Shown here: piece after piece, positions 1 through 12,862 of the stretch
How the letters are laid out: the number at the start of each line of letters is the position of its first letter
Position numbering within the stretch: the first letter of the stretch is position 1
DNA from: Eledone cirrhosa
Taxonomy: Eukaryota
NCBI GenBank assembly: GCA_964016885.1
Contig: OZ024741.1
Span: 382,044,001-382,108,000, forward strand
DNA length: 64,000 nucleotides
Direction: 5' to 3'
Made by a program: the position numbers and the translations under genes
Notes under the pieces: generated by a model
What the model saw: only the letters and a program-made list of their open reading frames with translations
Database searches by the model: none
What the model was told of the DNA's origin: nothing

Positions 1-628
1 GAGTATTGGTGGAAGGGCTGATGCCTTGGGCGTTAAGCAAAAATGTTGAGGCGAGAGTGGATGGTTTTAATTGTTTTGGTGTGTTGTTAATTTGTTTGAT
101 TGTTAATGGCAGCAATGGGAATTTGTTCAGTGGGGTGATAGTGGAGGGTGGTGCTGGGTGATAGCTCGAATGTTTTTTTCCAGTTATTTTGCCAGATTCA
201 TTATGGCTAAACAAGAGGAAGACGTTTCCTGTTTAGGAGACTGTTGATGACTGTGGTAGTGTTTATTTTTATGTAGGTTTTTGTTTTTGTTTTTGCTATT
301 ATTTTTATTTTCATTTGTCCGACGGGTCCCCGGGAGATGGGTAAAGGGACAATCCCGGTGTAAACAGAATCTGTCTCGCAGGGAAAAGCGGCAGATTTGT
401 GGATTCCTTGTTTGAGTTATTGGTGGTTGTGTTGGTGTTAAATTAGAGTATGTATTATGGTGGTGGCTGTTTGTGGGGATATACCATTTTGTCCTAGGTA
501 AATGGGTGAATTTGCAGCCACTATCCGTACATATTCTATAGCGTAGAGAGTAGTGGCAAATGATGGGGTTTCGAGTGGGTGTGTATGTGTGTGTATGTGT
601 TGTGAGAGGTGTAGATGATGGTTTGAGT
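1..628 (-). mobile_element. Fragment of a LINE (possibly CR1/L2-type): ORF1 end with two CCCH zinc fingers and probable start of an APE endonuclease
   Basis: Minus-strand translation gives ICHYSLRYRICTDSGCKFTHLP (finger 502-558) and ICRFSLRDRFCLHRDCPFTHLP (finger 337-393), both C-x8-C-x4-C-x3-H. Near position 1 it reads FLLNAQGI, like an APE N-terminus. It abuts the broken Tx1 ORF2 at ~628. Clade is tentative. Confidence 0.6.
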
Positions 629-3343
629 AGTGCCAGGCGCCCAGTTTTCCCGGTATTTGCTTGACCAAGGATTGCAACTCGGTGAGCGAGACGAGTCTGG
701 GAAAGGCTCGCCTCACAAACGGGCCCACACCAGTTGACCGGTGAGGAATACCTGGAGGTGCAGTAGCCTTAAAGCGTGTTTACGTATAATTAGCCACGTC
801 ATCCCCAGCCCTCCTTTCGAAGGGTGTTGATAGCAGATGGATCTCCTCACCATAGGAGCCCGCTTCTTCCAAAGGAATTGGAAGAGTGCACGCTCCATTT
901 TGGCGAGCGTTTCAAGGCACAACGGTCAGGCGGTAGTAGATGACGGACGCTATATAAGTGTTCGCCACCTCAGCCCGACCTTTCATGGACAGTTTGCACT
1001 CGGCACACTTCTGGGTTAGTGAAAACTCCCTGTTCGTTACCTCACCCCAGTTCTTCTCCACCTGGAGGTCTGGTCCGAACCAGACCCCCAGCAACTTCAC
1101 CGGGCATTCCGTCCAGCGCCCGACGACGCCATCGGAGGGCATCGATATTCCCCTCCACGTGCCGAGTTGCAGACCGATGGTCTTGTCCCGGTTCAGCTTA
1201 GCCCCTGTAAACCTTTCGTACTCCTCCAGTAAGGTGCCATCGCTCCGATTTCCGAGGCCGTCGACACCATTACTGTTACGCCATAGGCGTAGGCCGACAC
1301 CGCTTTCCGCATCCCGGTTCCAACGGGATGCCCTGCAACAACTCCACCTTCCGCAGCAGTGGCTCTAGAGTCATTACATACAGAAGGGAGGAGAGAGGGC
1401 ACTCTTGTCGGATGGACCTCGCGATTTCGAACGGCTCCGAGAGGTAGCCGTTCACCTTAACCCTAGAGCAGATGCGGCTGCTGTGTATGACATTGATCCA
1501 GCCCCTTAAACGGGTCCGAAGCCTGCCGCCGCTAGCACCGCATCCATGTAACCATGGTCGACCCTATCGAACACCTTAGATTGATGCAAGTTGATCAGGG
1601 CCCCACCAAAGCCGGGTTCGTTCCCAACCCTCTCTATGATGTATCACATGAGGTGGAGGTTGTCGTGGATGGACCTGGACGGGATAACATATATCTGCGC
1701 ATCTCCCATCAGGTTGCTCACGACAAGCGCCAAACTCTTTGCTAGCTCCTTCGTCAAAATCTGTAACTCTGTATTTACCAGAGTTATGGGCCTGAAATTA
1801 TTTATATCGTCACCCTTGTTCTCGTCCTTCCTCACTAGCCTGACTACGCCCTTGGTCACAGCACAGGGAATTCTCCCGTTCTGTTGCCAGTTGCAGTAGA
1901 CCGCCTCGAGGAGATCGGGGAGCAAGTCCGGCATAGATAGATATAATTCGTATGGAAGACCATCGAAACTCGGGGATTTGCGTTTGCCGCATTGGCTCAG
2001 CACGTCCTCTATCTCAGCGGCTGAAATCGGCTCCTTGCAGGACTTCCCCTCCCTGTCCGAGAAACGCGGCAGGCCGACGAGGTATGGGCCGATGTCCACT
2101 TCCCCAATCGGCTCCCCGCCCCTTCCGAACAATCTCGGAAAGTGCTTTTGAAAAGCCTTGCACATCTGCTAAGATTTAAGGATCACCCGTCCATCCTGGT
2201 CTCGCAAAGACCGAATAGTGAATCTATTCCCTCTTTTGGCTTCTGTCACGCGGGCGCAGCTAACAGCTTTGGTCCCCTCGTTTCCCAGAGCACGTATTTT
2301 GCTTCGGACGATGCAGCCTTCGTGTTTCGCGTCGAAGAACTGGCCCAGAGCCGTTCTCGACGCTAGCACTCTGGCCACGTCGCCGCTTCTAATTGCCTCT
2401 TCTACACTATCAACCAACTCACTTTCCTTCCTATTTCTATTTGAGGCTAACTCCTTACTAAATTCTATAGAGACTACTCTAATCTCTCTTTTGAGAGATC
2501 CCCACCACCTGCTGTTGACGATGGCGCCCGTCAACCGCTCCTTAACTAAAGTGCTAATCCGGTCCCGGTAAGCCTTACTTGCCGATAAGATCAAGTTGAG
2601 CTTCCAGTAACCGGGTCTCTGTCTATGCAATCTGTCAAGGTTGACCATGCAGGTCACTAACTTGTGGTCTTAATAGCCAACCATGCGCATTTTTGGACAA
2701 CTTAAAAAGTCCTTATCCTTATTTCTAATTAAGAACCTATCTAGGTACGACCTAGATGATTCGCTACGGTTTGCCCAAGTCTAGGTTGGCGCAGTCGGAA
2801 AATCTAGTCGATATCTATCGGCCAGGTCAAATCGACCGATTAACCCTTTGAGGCTATTACACCCCTCTCTATCGGGACAGGCCCCTACGTTGTCCCAACG
2901 TGCATCTAGGATACCATTCCTGTCCCCCACTAATAGCAAGGAGCGGTACATCTCTAGAAAAGTCTCCAGACGATGGAAGAAGTCCGGCCGCATTGACCCG
3001 AAAGGGCCGTAGACGGCTACCAACCTAAACGCTCCGCCTTCACCACTGCCAAGGTCCAGAAACACTAGTCGACCCTTCGGGTCCAAATGTACCGTCTGTG
3101 TTGCGAGACCCAGATGCTTTTGCAGCAGAACGACAACCCCACCCCACCTCCGGGCTGACAGAGAGATGCGTGCATCTCAAAGTCATCACAGGTGGGGGCC
3201 AGCTGTCGCACGTTGCTGATCCGGGCCTCGCAAATCACCATCACACCTCTACGTTGTGACCTGAGGTGATTTAGAAGCATTGCTTGCTTCCGAGTTGAGC
3301 CCAGGCCACGCACATTTAGACAGCCTACTCTTAGCATAGCCAT
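628..3343 (-). pseudogene. Tx1 copy 1 ORF2 (APE-RT), fragmented
   Basis: Consecutive ORF fragments 3065-3367, 2781-3086, 2169-2657, 1644-2165, 912-1142 and 713-922 carry APE/RT motifs homologous to copy 2. Confidence 0.9.
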
Positions 3344-3367
3344 GTTGGTGGTGAAGAGAACAGGCAC

Positions 3368-5031
3368 TTACCTCTCTGCGTCCCGGGTATCGGGCTGCAC
3401 AATTTCCATGAGGGTGGGGGACGAGTTGTTGGGTGGGATGGTTGTTTGTGGAAGTGTGGGGGCATCGGTGTGTTGTGTGGTTGGGGTGTTTGGAGTTGTG
3501 TGGGTGTGAGGGAGGGGGTCGGGAAGTTTTTAGGAGAACACGAAATGGGCCCGGGGGGGGGGGGTACGTCCTCTTTAAAGTTGTTTTTTAGTGTTTAATG
3601 TGTCCTCTGGGACCTTAATCATTTTGAGGTGGGGGAAATCCCCTGCCTGGGTGAAGTTAGGCCCTTGGATTTTTACTAAATTGTTGTTGTACACAATGTT
3701 TAGCAGGCTTTTATTTATTGTGTTTATGTATGTGTATGCATGTTTTTGTTTTTGTGTGGTATTTTTTGTTTGCTGTTGTTGTGTACTCTTTTGTGTTGGT
3801 GTCTGTGTTATGTTTTGGGGAGGGGTTGTTTTCATTTGTGTGCCTGAGGTGTGTTTTTGCTTTTTTTTCTGTTGATTGTGTGGAAGTGCTCCTCCTCGTC
3901 TGACGACGAACGAGGGTCTTCTTCCGCGTTAGAGGGGAGGGGTAGATTTCCGGGTTGTGTTTGCGGTGCGGGTGTTTTGGAAATTGTTTTTTTTTTTACT
4001 GGGGGGATGGGTTGGATATTGTTTTGTTTTGGTTTGAGCTGTGGTTGTTGTTTTTGTAGTGGTGGTTGTGGTGATTGTGTTGGTTGTGCAGTTGTTGGTG
4101 GTGTAGGGAGGATTGGGGTTTTCTTATTAAGTTGAAGAGAGACAGCCCTCAGGTGACCTCTGGCTCCACAGAGGTAACACGAGGGCCGCCTACCATCAAC
4201 GGTAATGTTGATAAAAGTTTCATCATCCAGTATGACGCGTTCAGGGATCTGGGCGATTCTTTCGGGCCTCATTTGAACTACAAGTTCGAGGCTCGTTCCA
4301 CTGAACGCGTCACCCGAGGCCTTTCCCATGGATATTAGTGTGTTATCGTCTAGGTTCAGGAAACCTGTCAATACCCACCATATGTCCATAATCGGAAAAA
4401 TGGTGTGAATTTTTATTTTTTGTGTCCTTCTACCCATGTACGTAGGGTAGAAGGTGTATGCGGTGGATGTGATTGGTTTTATGGACAGTTTCACTGCTGT
4501 GTCCCTGTCCTTCATGAGAATGGATAGACTCCCGCAGAGTCTATCCTTCTGAATGAATATGATGTCTTTCATGACATCTTTTAAAACCAGCTCTATCTCA
4601 CCCTGTGATAGTTGAGCTGGTTTTTTGCATTTGTGTGAGACTGTTCTAAACATGACAATGTTTAGGAGTCTCTGGCTTTTTAGTTCCGAGGGGGAGTGGA
4701 TCGAAAATGATTCATTTTCCCCGTACACTATGTATTTTTTGGCATCTGCCAGTAGCTCCTGCGCTTTGCTTATATCTACTGGCAGATAGTCGGGGGTTTT
4801 CCTTGCCGTCTGGGCGAAGGAGACCTTTTCCTTGTTTGTGTTGCTGTTTTAGTTAGTGGAGTTGTTGTTATCATTGTTGTTGTTATCCCTGTTATTGGTC
4901 TTGTTGTTGTTGTTATTGTTATTGTTGTTGGTGTTGTTTTCGTTCGTAGCATTGTTGTTGTTGTTGTTGTTGCTGGTGCCGCTGGTTGTGTTGGTTTTGT
5001 TCATTGTTTGACACTTTTGTTTTGTTGCCAT
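3368..5031 (-). pseudogene. Tx1 copy 1 ORF1 (gag-like), frameshifted
   Basis: ORFs 4849-5031, 3832-4728 and 3575-3835 are collinear with copy 2 ORF1; it ends MEIVQPDTRDAER*. Confidence 0.85.
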
Positions 5032-5416
5032 GGCAACGTCAAGTTGTCGGTCAGCAGGTGGAGAAAATCCTTCCTCTGATTGACCTTTGTCTTTGACATC
5101 TGCTACTATGAGAGTGGCAGGAGAAAGCTGTAAGCATATCTACCCCTTTCCCCCTTCGAAGTTGGTGAAGAAGATTCAGCCATTTAAAAAAAAAACTGTT
5201 AGCTTTTCAAAAAAAAAACTTTTTGTTAACTATTTCGCCTAAAGGCGTAGACTATTTTGAAAGAACTGACCAGATCAAAATTTGACCTGGCAGTCCCTCT
5301 ACAAAATGGTACAAAAATGAAAGTTTACAGTCAAGAATTTCTATAGAAATTTAAGCAGAACTTATTCAGCAAATTTCACGCGTGTGACCATCCCAGATAT
5401 ATATAGAGATAGATAG

Positions 5417-7514
5417 ATACACAATCATACACGGGTGTGTATGATTGTGTATAGAAGATTATATTAATAAAAGGAATTCCAACTTTGTCTGATTTACTCG
5501 TTTTATTTTCAATCCTATAAAATTTATAATGGTATTAGAATGAAATAGTATGGTAGAATATTAAATGTTAGGTGTTATTTGAACAAGTACTTTCATGCTT
5601 TCGCAATCTTCAGGCTCATATTCAGTGGTGAAAGTCGTTTGCAATGTTCAACTGTAATGAGATGGGTAAATGTTGTGCCTTATATACAGTGAAAAGTGGC
5701 TCCAGAATATTAAATTTTGCAAATGTATTTCGACCAATCGGTGTGTAGTTTCACTGGATTACCAAAGCTGATAGGTTTAGGCATCACGGTTGGTTGAGCA
5801 TGTCTAACGACTACTAATTGACCCTATCCAAAGCATCAATTGTTTTGCTATTTTTAGAAATGATGAAATTAGCATTTTCTAGTAATCATCACCATCAACA
5901 TAATAATTATTATTATAATTATTGTCGTTGTTGTTGTTAGTAGCCGCAGTCATAGTCATAGTAGAACATTACATTATTATTTTTCATTTAGCTGTGTTTG
6001 AATTTATCAATAAAATTATTTTCTTTGATTTTTCTCTTGATTTCACTTGGGCTGTGTAATTTGTAGAATGGGAATATTATAAATATTCCCTGACCACATG
6101 TTGCTAGATGGTTACTTAGGGGTATCTGACGGACATTTGGGTCTCTGATTTGTTGTCGGTGTACCCGTGCACGTTCCGATAGTGCATTTCCAGTTTGTCC
6201 GACATAGTTCTTCACAATTCGGGCATTTAATGCAGTAAATTAGATTTCTGCTTTTGCAGTTCATATTTGCATTTGGGAATATTTTTCCAGTTTTTCTTTT
6301 CATATATTGACCGGCGTGTATGGATTAACATCTGCCACATCGACTATCATTGCATTTAGATAAAGTGAATGATTGGTCTTTGTTGGTAAGGTAAAACTTT
6401 GCTTTTGTTAGTAATTGCTTCAAATTTTTCGGCTGTCTTTTACTAAGAGTCAAAGATCGATTTGTGATTAAGCCTTTTAATTCATTACTTTGAGCAATGA
6501 TCGGTAGGTTTGCTTTGGCAGTGTTGAAGATATTCTGGTGACATGGGTTGTGTGTCATTATAAATGGTATCACCAGTTCTTGGTTTCTTCTTCCTTGGGT
6601 TGTCCTAAGTTGTTGTATAGGTATTTTTATAGCCCGCTGTATGCCTTTTTCTATAAGTAGAGATGGGTATTTTTGTTTGAGCAAAAATTCTATCAGTTCT
6701 GTTAGGAGTTTGTACCTGGGATTCGTATCTTCTACAATGGTACAAATTCTTCTGGCTAGGCAGTATGGGATGTTGCGTTTTGTATGCTGTGGATGGCACG
6801 ACTTAAAATTCAGATATTGATGAGTGTCTGTGTGTTTATAATATATATCCGTGGTAATGGTGGTGTCGTTTTTGATTATCATTATATCTAGGAATGGTAA
6901 TTCGGAACTACTCATCTCTTTTGTGAATTGGAGAGATGGGTGAAGGTTATTCAGGAGGATATTGAACTCATCCAGAGTATCTAGAAATTCTGTCCATTTT
7001 ATGAAACAGTCGTCAACGTATCTCTTCCAAGATTTTTCAATGTACTTTCTAAAGTCAGTACTATATTTTTCCTCTATTTCTTGGTAGAGTTGTTGTTCTA
7101 AGTATCCCATTACAGAGTTCGCGTAAACGGGAGCAAACTTCGTTCCCATCTCTGTGCCTCTAATTTGGATGTAATTCTTTTCATTGAAGAAGAAAGTTTT
7201 GTTTTCCAGAATAAGTTTAACTGCGTCTAATATAAATGGCGCTGTGAATCTGATGGGAATCACTTCTCTATGTTTTTCCACCCAGTATTTAACCACCTTT
7301 ATTCCTAAATCATGTGTAATATTGGTGTAAAGGCTTACCACATCAAAATTAAGTAGAAGTGAATTCGTTTCCTTGGTTTTGGGAAGATGGGACAGGAAGT
7401 CGATATCATCCCGGATGAAACTGGGTATGTGAATACATAGTGGTTTCAAAATAATGTTAACAAAATTGCTTAGACGGTGGGTGGGGCATGTTGGACCAGC
7501 TATAATAGGTCTAA
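5417..7514 (-). mobile_element. Penelope-like element family A (Neptune-like), 5'-truncated copy with pLTR
   Basis: RT motifs (FDVVSLYTNI, GTEMGT, WKRYVDDCF, DIYYKHTDTHQYL), Cys linker CNDSRCGRC, and GIY-YIG (LIYCIKCPNC..YVGQT). The non-coding part 5417-5980 is homologous to 27030-27620. Confidence 0.95.
5580..5618 (-). ncRNA. Minimal type I hammerhead ribozyme in PLE-A pLTR
   Basis: Minus strand reads TGAGC-CTGAAGA-TTGC GAAA GCAT-GAAA-GTAC-TT-GTTCA. Stem I keeps pairing by a G.U wobble relative to the other copies. Confidence 0.8.
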
Positions 7515-8172
7515 ACACACACACACATACACACACACAAGCACACAAATAAACATACATTTCTTTACTTTCTTTATTCAATAGAAAATATGAATTCTGG
7601 CACCCCAGCGAAATAACCATATTCACTGAACCAGAACAATTCTCCAATCCAATTTCTCTTGACCATTATCTTTTGCTTGTCATAAAATTCTCTAAAAAGG
7701 CTACAGAATAGATTTCCAAATAAGGGCGCGAACATTTTATGAAAACTTGTTCACGTGTCAGCCATAATTTCATTTATAACCAATCAAATTACGTTTATTA
7801 AAAAAAAGCCTTCGTGAGCGCCCTTTTTTTTAAGTAAAAAGAAATTCAAACACTCATATATGAAAAAACAACCTGTGCCCCCCCCCCCTTGTTTGAAGAA
7901 CTTTGTAACGCGAACTGGCGCGAAATTTATTATAAGTATTGACCAACCAATCAAATTACTTCTCTAAAAACCTGGCATTTCGAGCCACTTTTTTCCATAT
8001 AAAACAAGTAACATTCAGAGACCAACCAGATGTGGAAAAAACCACAGACCCTCCATCTGAACTCTACTTTTGAAAAGCAGAAGAACTGCGTAAACGGTAA
8101 AGGAACCAAATAAATATAATTATTTTTCTAAAAATAAGACTCCAGTTGCATTTTCGATTTCATCTTTTTCTT

Positions 8173-8191
8173 TATATATATATATATATAC

Positions 8192-8267
<76 letters not shown>
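8173..8267. repeat. (TA)n microsatellite
   Basis: Direct reading. Confidence 0.95.
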
Positions 8268-8271
<4 letters not shown>

Positions 8272-9649
8272 AACCACACAATTGTGTATATATTATATTG
8301 AATATATGCATGTATATGATTCTATATATGAATGTGTGTTAATTTTTCCCGTTCTGGTCCAAATGTTTTTTCATGAAGTGCCATCGAATGCCATTCAACT
8401 GTTTAAGAAATAGTCATTGGGAAATGAATATTATATTGAAATTGTAAGGTGTTACTTCGCATAAATGTATATCTTTAATCATATTCGAGAATCGGCAAAA
8501 GAAATTACCCATATGAAACTATCTTACTGATCTCATGCCACTGACACTCAATTCATATCAGGTTTAGATCTTCGCTCTAAAAATGTCATGGCTAAATTAT
8601 TTTAATTTAAAATAATACTGTTGTATAATATATAATTATACCAAAATATATAATTATACCACTGCTAATTTGTTTGTTTTGAAGTATCATACTACTGGTT
8701 AAGGCGACCTACAACCAAAGGCATGTCCACCGTTGTGATTATGTATTTGTTTTCATAGAGTGTGTCTAGTTATACATTTAAATTGGACACATGCACGCAC
8801 AAATGGTTAAATGTTTTACTTTGAAACCGAGTTTTTTTACCTACCGAGTGACCTCTAACGTGGTGTGAAACTACGCCAAGGAAGAGATAGTACCAAATCT
8901 TCAGTGATGGGCCGTGTTAAATATTGTTTCATACTGATTAAGGTTAAAACTCCGTTAAGTGAATACGTGTCTGTCGAATGAACAATAATAGCTTACACGT
9001 CAATTCACGAGCTGAAAGTTCAAATTGTTGAACAATTTGTAGCTCATTGCCAAAGCCTACAAACATTCATTTCTTTGACTCTTGGGGAAGATATTGCCGG
9101 ATTGTCTATCAAGGCGGGGAATTATTTTGACCTTATCTCAATGGATCATGGACGAGATTCATCATTTCCATTTTGATTCCTTCAGCACTAGTTTTCCAAC
9201 TAGGGAGATGTTATCTGCGTATTGTATGAGGTCAAAATAGAAATGAAATATTTCCGGAGATTGTTTCGATGATTCATGAAAAATTAACAACAATGCATAT
9301 AAGTCAGTAATCAATATTTATATTGCTTGTCGCTGAATGTTTATTTATTTTAGCTCTATCATACACAAAGCGTTACATATCATTCGCTGGCCTTCTCTAC
9401 TGCTATTTTGACAATACAGAACGAGTCAGTCATGATCATTTTTTTTGTGAATTATCTTCAGGTAATCACTGTCATCTTATATTATGCCAACAATAGATTT
9501 GCGCATCGAATTTTAATATATGCACGCAAGCATGCATATCACTAAACAAAATCAAAAGCATAAACAGAACTCTCTCTCCCCTCCCTCTCTCTCTATATAT
9601 ATATGTATGTGTATGGCTTTCTCTCTAAATATATATATATATATATATA

Positions 9650-10735
9650 TACAATATTAAATAAATGGAAACTATATTTATAAAGCCATATTTATTTCAC
9701 TATATATATTTCAGGGATATCATATTAACAATATGCTATGCCTTCCTCAGACAAAATACAATATAGATAAATAGATTTGACATACCGTAACAACATCGAC
9801 TTGTATTTGAAAAGTTGATTTGGCAGTGAAAAAATTGTACACAGAGAGAAAGAAAGAGAGAAAAAAAAGGAAAGAAAGACAGAAAACGAAGAAAAAGAAG
9901 AAAAAAGAAGAAATGCATGGAACAAAATAGAGAGATGGAAAGATAGATAAAGAGAAGAACTTCATGTAAAGAAACAGAGAGAGAAATATATATATATATA
10001 GAGAGAGAGGAAATAGAGATAGATACATATATATAGAAAACTAGGTAGTGGGACGTCAGTTGAGTAAACGTATCAATGATACATTTATTTATTTATTTAT
10101 TTATTTAGCTCTAGTATTAATGTAAGGGAGATATATGTGGTTAGGATAGAAATCAGCTGTTATATAGAGAGAAAAAAAATATGTCTGGTTTTTTTTCTCT
10201 CTATATAACAGCTGGTTTCTATCCTAACCACATATATCTCCCTTACATTAATACTAGAGCTAAATAAATAAATAAATAAATAAATAAATGTATCATTGAT
10301 ACGTTTACTCAACTGACGTCCCACTACCTAGTTTTCTATATATATGTATCTATCTCTATTTCCTCTCTCTCTCTATATATATATATATTTCTCTCTCTGT
10401 TTCTTTACATGAAGTTCTTCTCTTTATCTATCTTTCCATCTCTCTATTTTGTTCCATGCATTTCTTCTTTTTTCTTCTTTTTCTTCGTTTTCTGTCTTTC
10501 TTTCCTTTTTTTTCTCTCTTTCTTTCTCTCTGTGTACACTTTTTCACTGCCAAATCAACTTTTCAAATACAAGTCGATGTTGTTACGGTATGTCAAATCT
10601 ATTTATCTATAAAACTATTTATATTGTATTTTGTCTGAGGAAGGCATAGCATATTGTTAATATGATATCCCTGAAATATATATAGTGAAATAAATATGGT
10701 TTTATAAATATAGTTTCCATTTATTTAATATTGTA
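9650..10735. repeat. ~1.08 kb near-perfect palindrome (fold-back element, probably inverted PLE-type pLTRs)
   Basis: Arms 9650-10179 and 10189-10735 are reverse complements around a 9-nt loop, with a few indels (e.g. ~12-bp insert near 10611). Confidence 0.95.
10627..10692 (+). ncRNA. Hammerhead ribozyme motif in the palindrome arm (mirror copy at 9693-9758, minus strand)
   Basis: TATTTTGT-CTGAGGA-AGG(long imperfect hairpin)CCT-GAAA-TATATA-TA-GTGAAATA. Confidence 0.65.
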
Positions 10736-11022
10736 AATATACTCCAAACACTTGTCGAGTACTTTTATATCAGTTATAAATATTTACTAGTTGTAACCCA
10801 ACAATTTAAATATAACTTTCCATATATATATATATATATATGACTATGTCTCTCTCCCTCTCTTTCTCTCTCTCTCTTTCTTCTCTCTCTCTCTCTCTCT
10901 CTGTACAGCTATTGCTTCTGAGGATTGACCACAGAATGGATATGTTCTTACAAGAATAATTACTTTCATACACAAACAAGTTTGACAAGTTGGTAAATCC
11001 AAACATTATTATATGACAGTAT

Positions 11023-11200
11023 GGTGGATTGGCAGTATCGGTGGACGCTATGCTTTCCAGCATAGTTACGTCCCTTTACGATCTGAGTTCAAATCCCGCC
11101 GAGGTTGACTTTGCCTTTCCTCCTTACGGGGTCGATAAAATAAAGTACCAGTAATGTACTGGATAATTGCTGGCCTTGTGCCTAAAGTAGAAACAATTAT
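11023..11200 (+). mobile_element. tRNA-derived SINE with Meta-domain-like core and 16-bp TSD
   Basis: B box GAGTTCAAATCCC, core GCCTTTCCTCCTTACGGGGTCGATAAAATAAAGTACCAG, TSD ATTATTATATGACAGT at 11005-11020 and 11196-11211. Four copies occur in the window. Confidence 0.85.
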
Positions 11201-11387
11201 TATATGACAGTGTAATTTAACGTTAAATACGTTTGTACAATAAGCAATTAAAACAAACATTATATTAAACACAAATCAGGTCGTTGTTTTTTTTTTCTAA
11301 CATTGTCAACACACTGCTGTCATCGGTGTTACAGTAGTTGAATCGTCTTGCTCAAAAATATCACCCCAGTTACAAACATACATCCAT

Positions 11388-11418
<31 letters not shown>

Positions 11419-11439
11419 GATATATATATGTACATACAT

Positions 11440-11718
11440 ATAGTAATAATACATTGAGGGCTCGACATATAGTAATAATACAAAGAGGGCTCGATAAGTA
11501 TAAATATATATCAAATATATAAGAACCCTAGACCAAATGTTTATTAAAATAACAGATTAAACTTTAAGCAAAGAATCGGTGATTTCACCCTTAACGGGAT
11601 CTTCTGAAACCCAAAAAAATCAAGATGTGAATGCAGAAGTAAATATTTCGAAAAACTTTGCAACCGAAGGAAAACAGGAAGACGATACTTCCATTCTTTG
11701 CTTAAACTTTAATCTGTA
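11440..11718. mobile_element. Short fold-back repeat family, copy 1 (copy 2 at ~21022-21196)
   Basis: Shares about 110 bp with 21054-21151. Internal inverted repeat ACAGATTAAAcTTTAAGCAAAGAAT / ATTCTTTGCTTAAACTTTAATCTGT. Confidence 0.65.
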
Positions 11719-12040
11719 CACACTTTAATCTGTGCACATAATACATTTGTACACACCTGTGCTAGGGCGAGTAGTAAAATTTTAATTTTATTTTTAATTT
11801 TCGGCAAACCCAAGCCTAACTCGATCGGTATGCAAATGAAGCTACTCAGCCAATGTATATTTAAGAAAATAATATATATTTTACCTGTTCAGCACAGTGG
11901 CAGAGACAAATACTGTCACTATGAAAGGTAATGAGCCAGAAACATGCTGATTTTCCTCAAAGCCAGTGTCGAGCAAACGGATGCCGATCAGTCACCGGCA
12001 TGGCACAGCTTTCGTACATATGTGTATGTATAAATTTGTG

Positions 12041-12042
<2 letters not shown>

Positions 12043-12137
<95 letters not shown>

Positions 12138-12150
12138 GTGTGTGTGTTTG
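12043..12150. repeat. (TA)n(TG)n microsatellite
   Basis: Direct reading. Confidence 0.95.
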
Positions 12151-12862
12151 TGATTGAGTGTATATGTGTGTGTGTGCCTGTGTACGTATGCATGCTTACA
12201 CACACACGCATATATATATATATAATATTTGAAACCAGGCCATCGAATTAGATAACACTCTTCAATGAAGTGTATAATATTTTGAGAAGAGAACATATAT
12301 GTTAACACAGTCGATTGATATAAATAATAGCTACGAATATCCTTTACAATACCCGTATAGACGCAGAAAGTGACCAGGAGTTTCTACAGAGAGTCGAAAA
12401 CTGTATCCCGGTTGAGCAACATGTGCAATTATACTAAACGCCCTCTGAGGACAATTATCGTATACATGCTAACTATCACCTTTAGCTATCATATTTGAAA
12501 ACAAACCACATGAGTTGAAATTCTTGGGAAATGTAGAAAATCTCGGACGTAGAAAGTAATTGTCATCATAGGCGATTACTATGATTTATAGCTTAGAAAA
12601 GTATTGCTAAGAAAATCGATTAAATACCTCTGTAAACGGAAAAAGTGACCTATATTTCAGAAATACAGAATTCGCTTCTCTGTAGTGGCTGTGGGCTGGT
12701 AATACATTCTATAAAGCAGTTTACGTGATTTTCTAAGCTCTCATTAATAGCAATCGACTGGGTTCACAGTGAACCACCGTGTAGGATATTTTCTACAATT
12801 ACTATCAACTATACGTATATGTATAAGTATATAATATTAAAACGAAATCCTCGAATAGAACC

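Larger units (their letters stand above)
628..5396 (-). mobile_element. Tx1/L1-clade LINE copy 1, 3'-interrupted and decayed
   Basis: ORF1 pieces with degenerate zinc knuckle CYLCGARGHLRAVS (3832-4728). ORF2 from ATG 3343: APE (LRVGCLNVRGL, GDRNG, GYWKLN) and RT (NFRPITLVN, SAYAYG for YADD, KGGLG). The 5' end abuts the TA-rich end of a PLE pLTR. Confidence 0.95.

Noticed and set aside
317-410. GC-rich segment resembling an HDV-like ribozyme
   Set aside because: P1/P1.1/P2 do not fit, and the segment translates cleanly as a CCCH zinc finger.
6325-7647. 440-aa ORF as a host-PLE fusion gene
   Set aside because: The N-terminus is read-through of flank and (GT)n (CVCVCV) into a truncated RT.
11570-11612. 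Hammerhead-like CAGAAGA..GAAA on the minus strand (similar relic at ~22385-22420)
   Set aside because: Core substitutions and poor stems I/III; at most dead relics.
11931-12308. YIYI/CVCV, poly-L/K/R/S and similar short ORFs throughout
   Set aside because: Translations of microsatellites or antisense shadows of retroelement ORFs.
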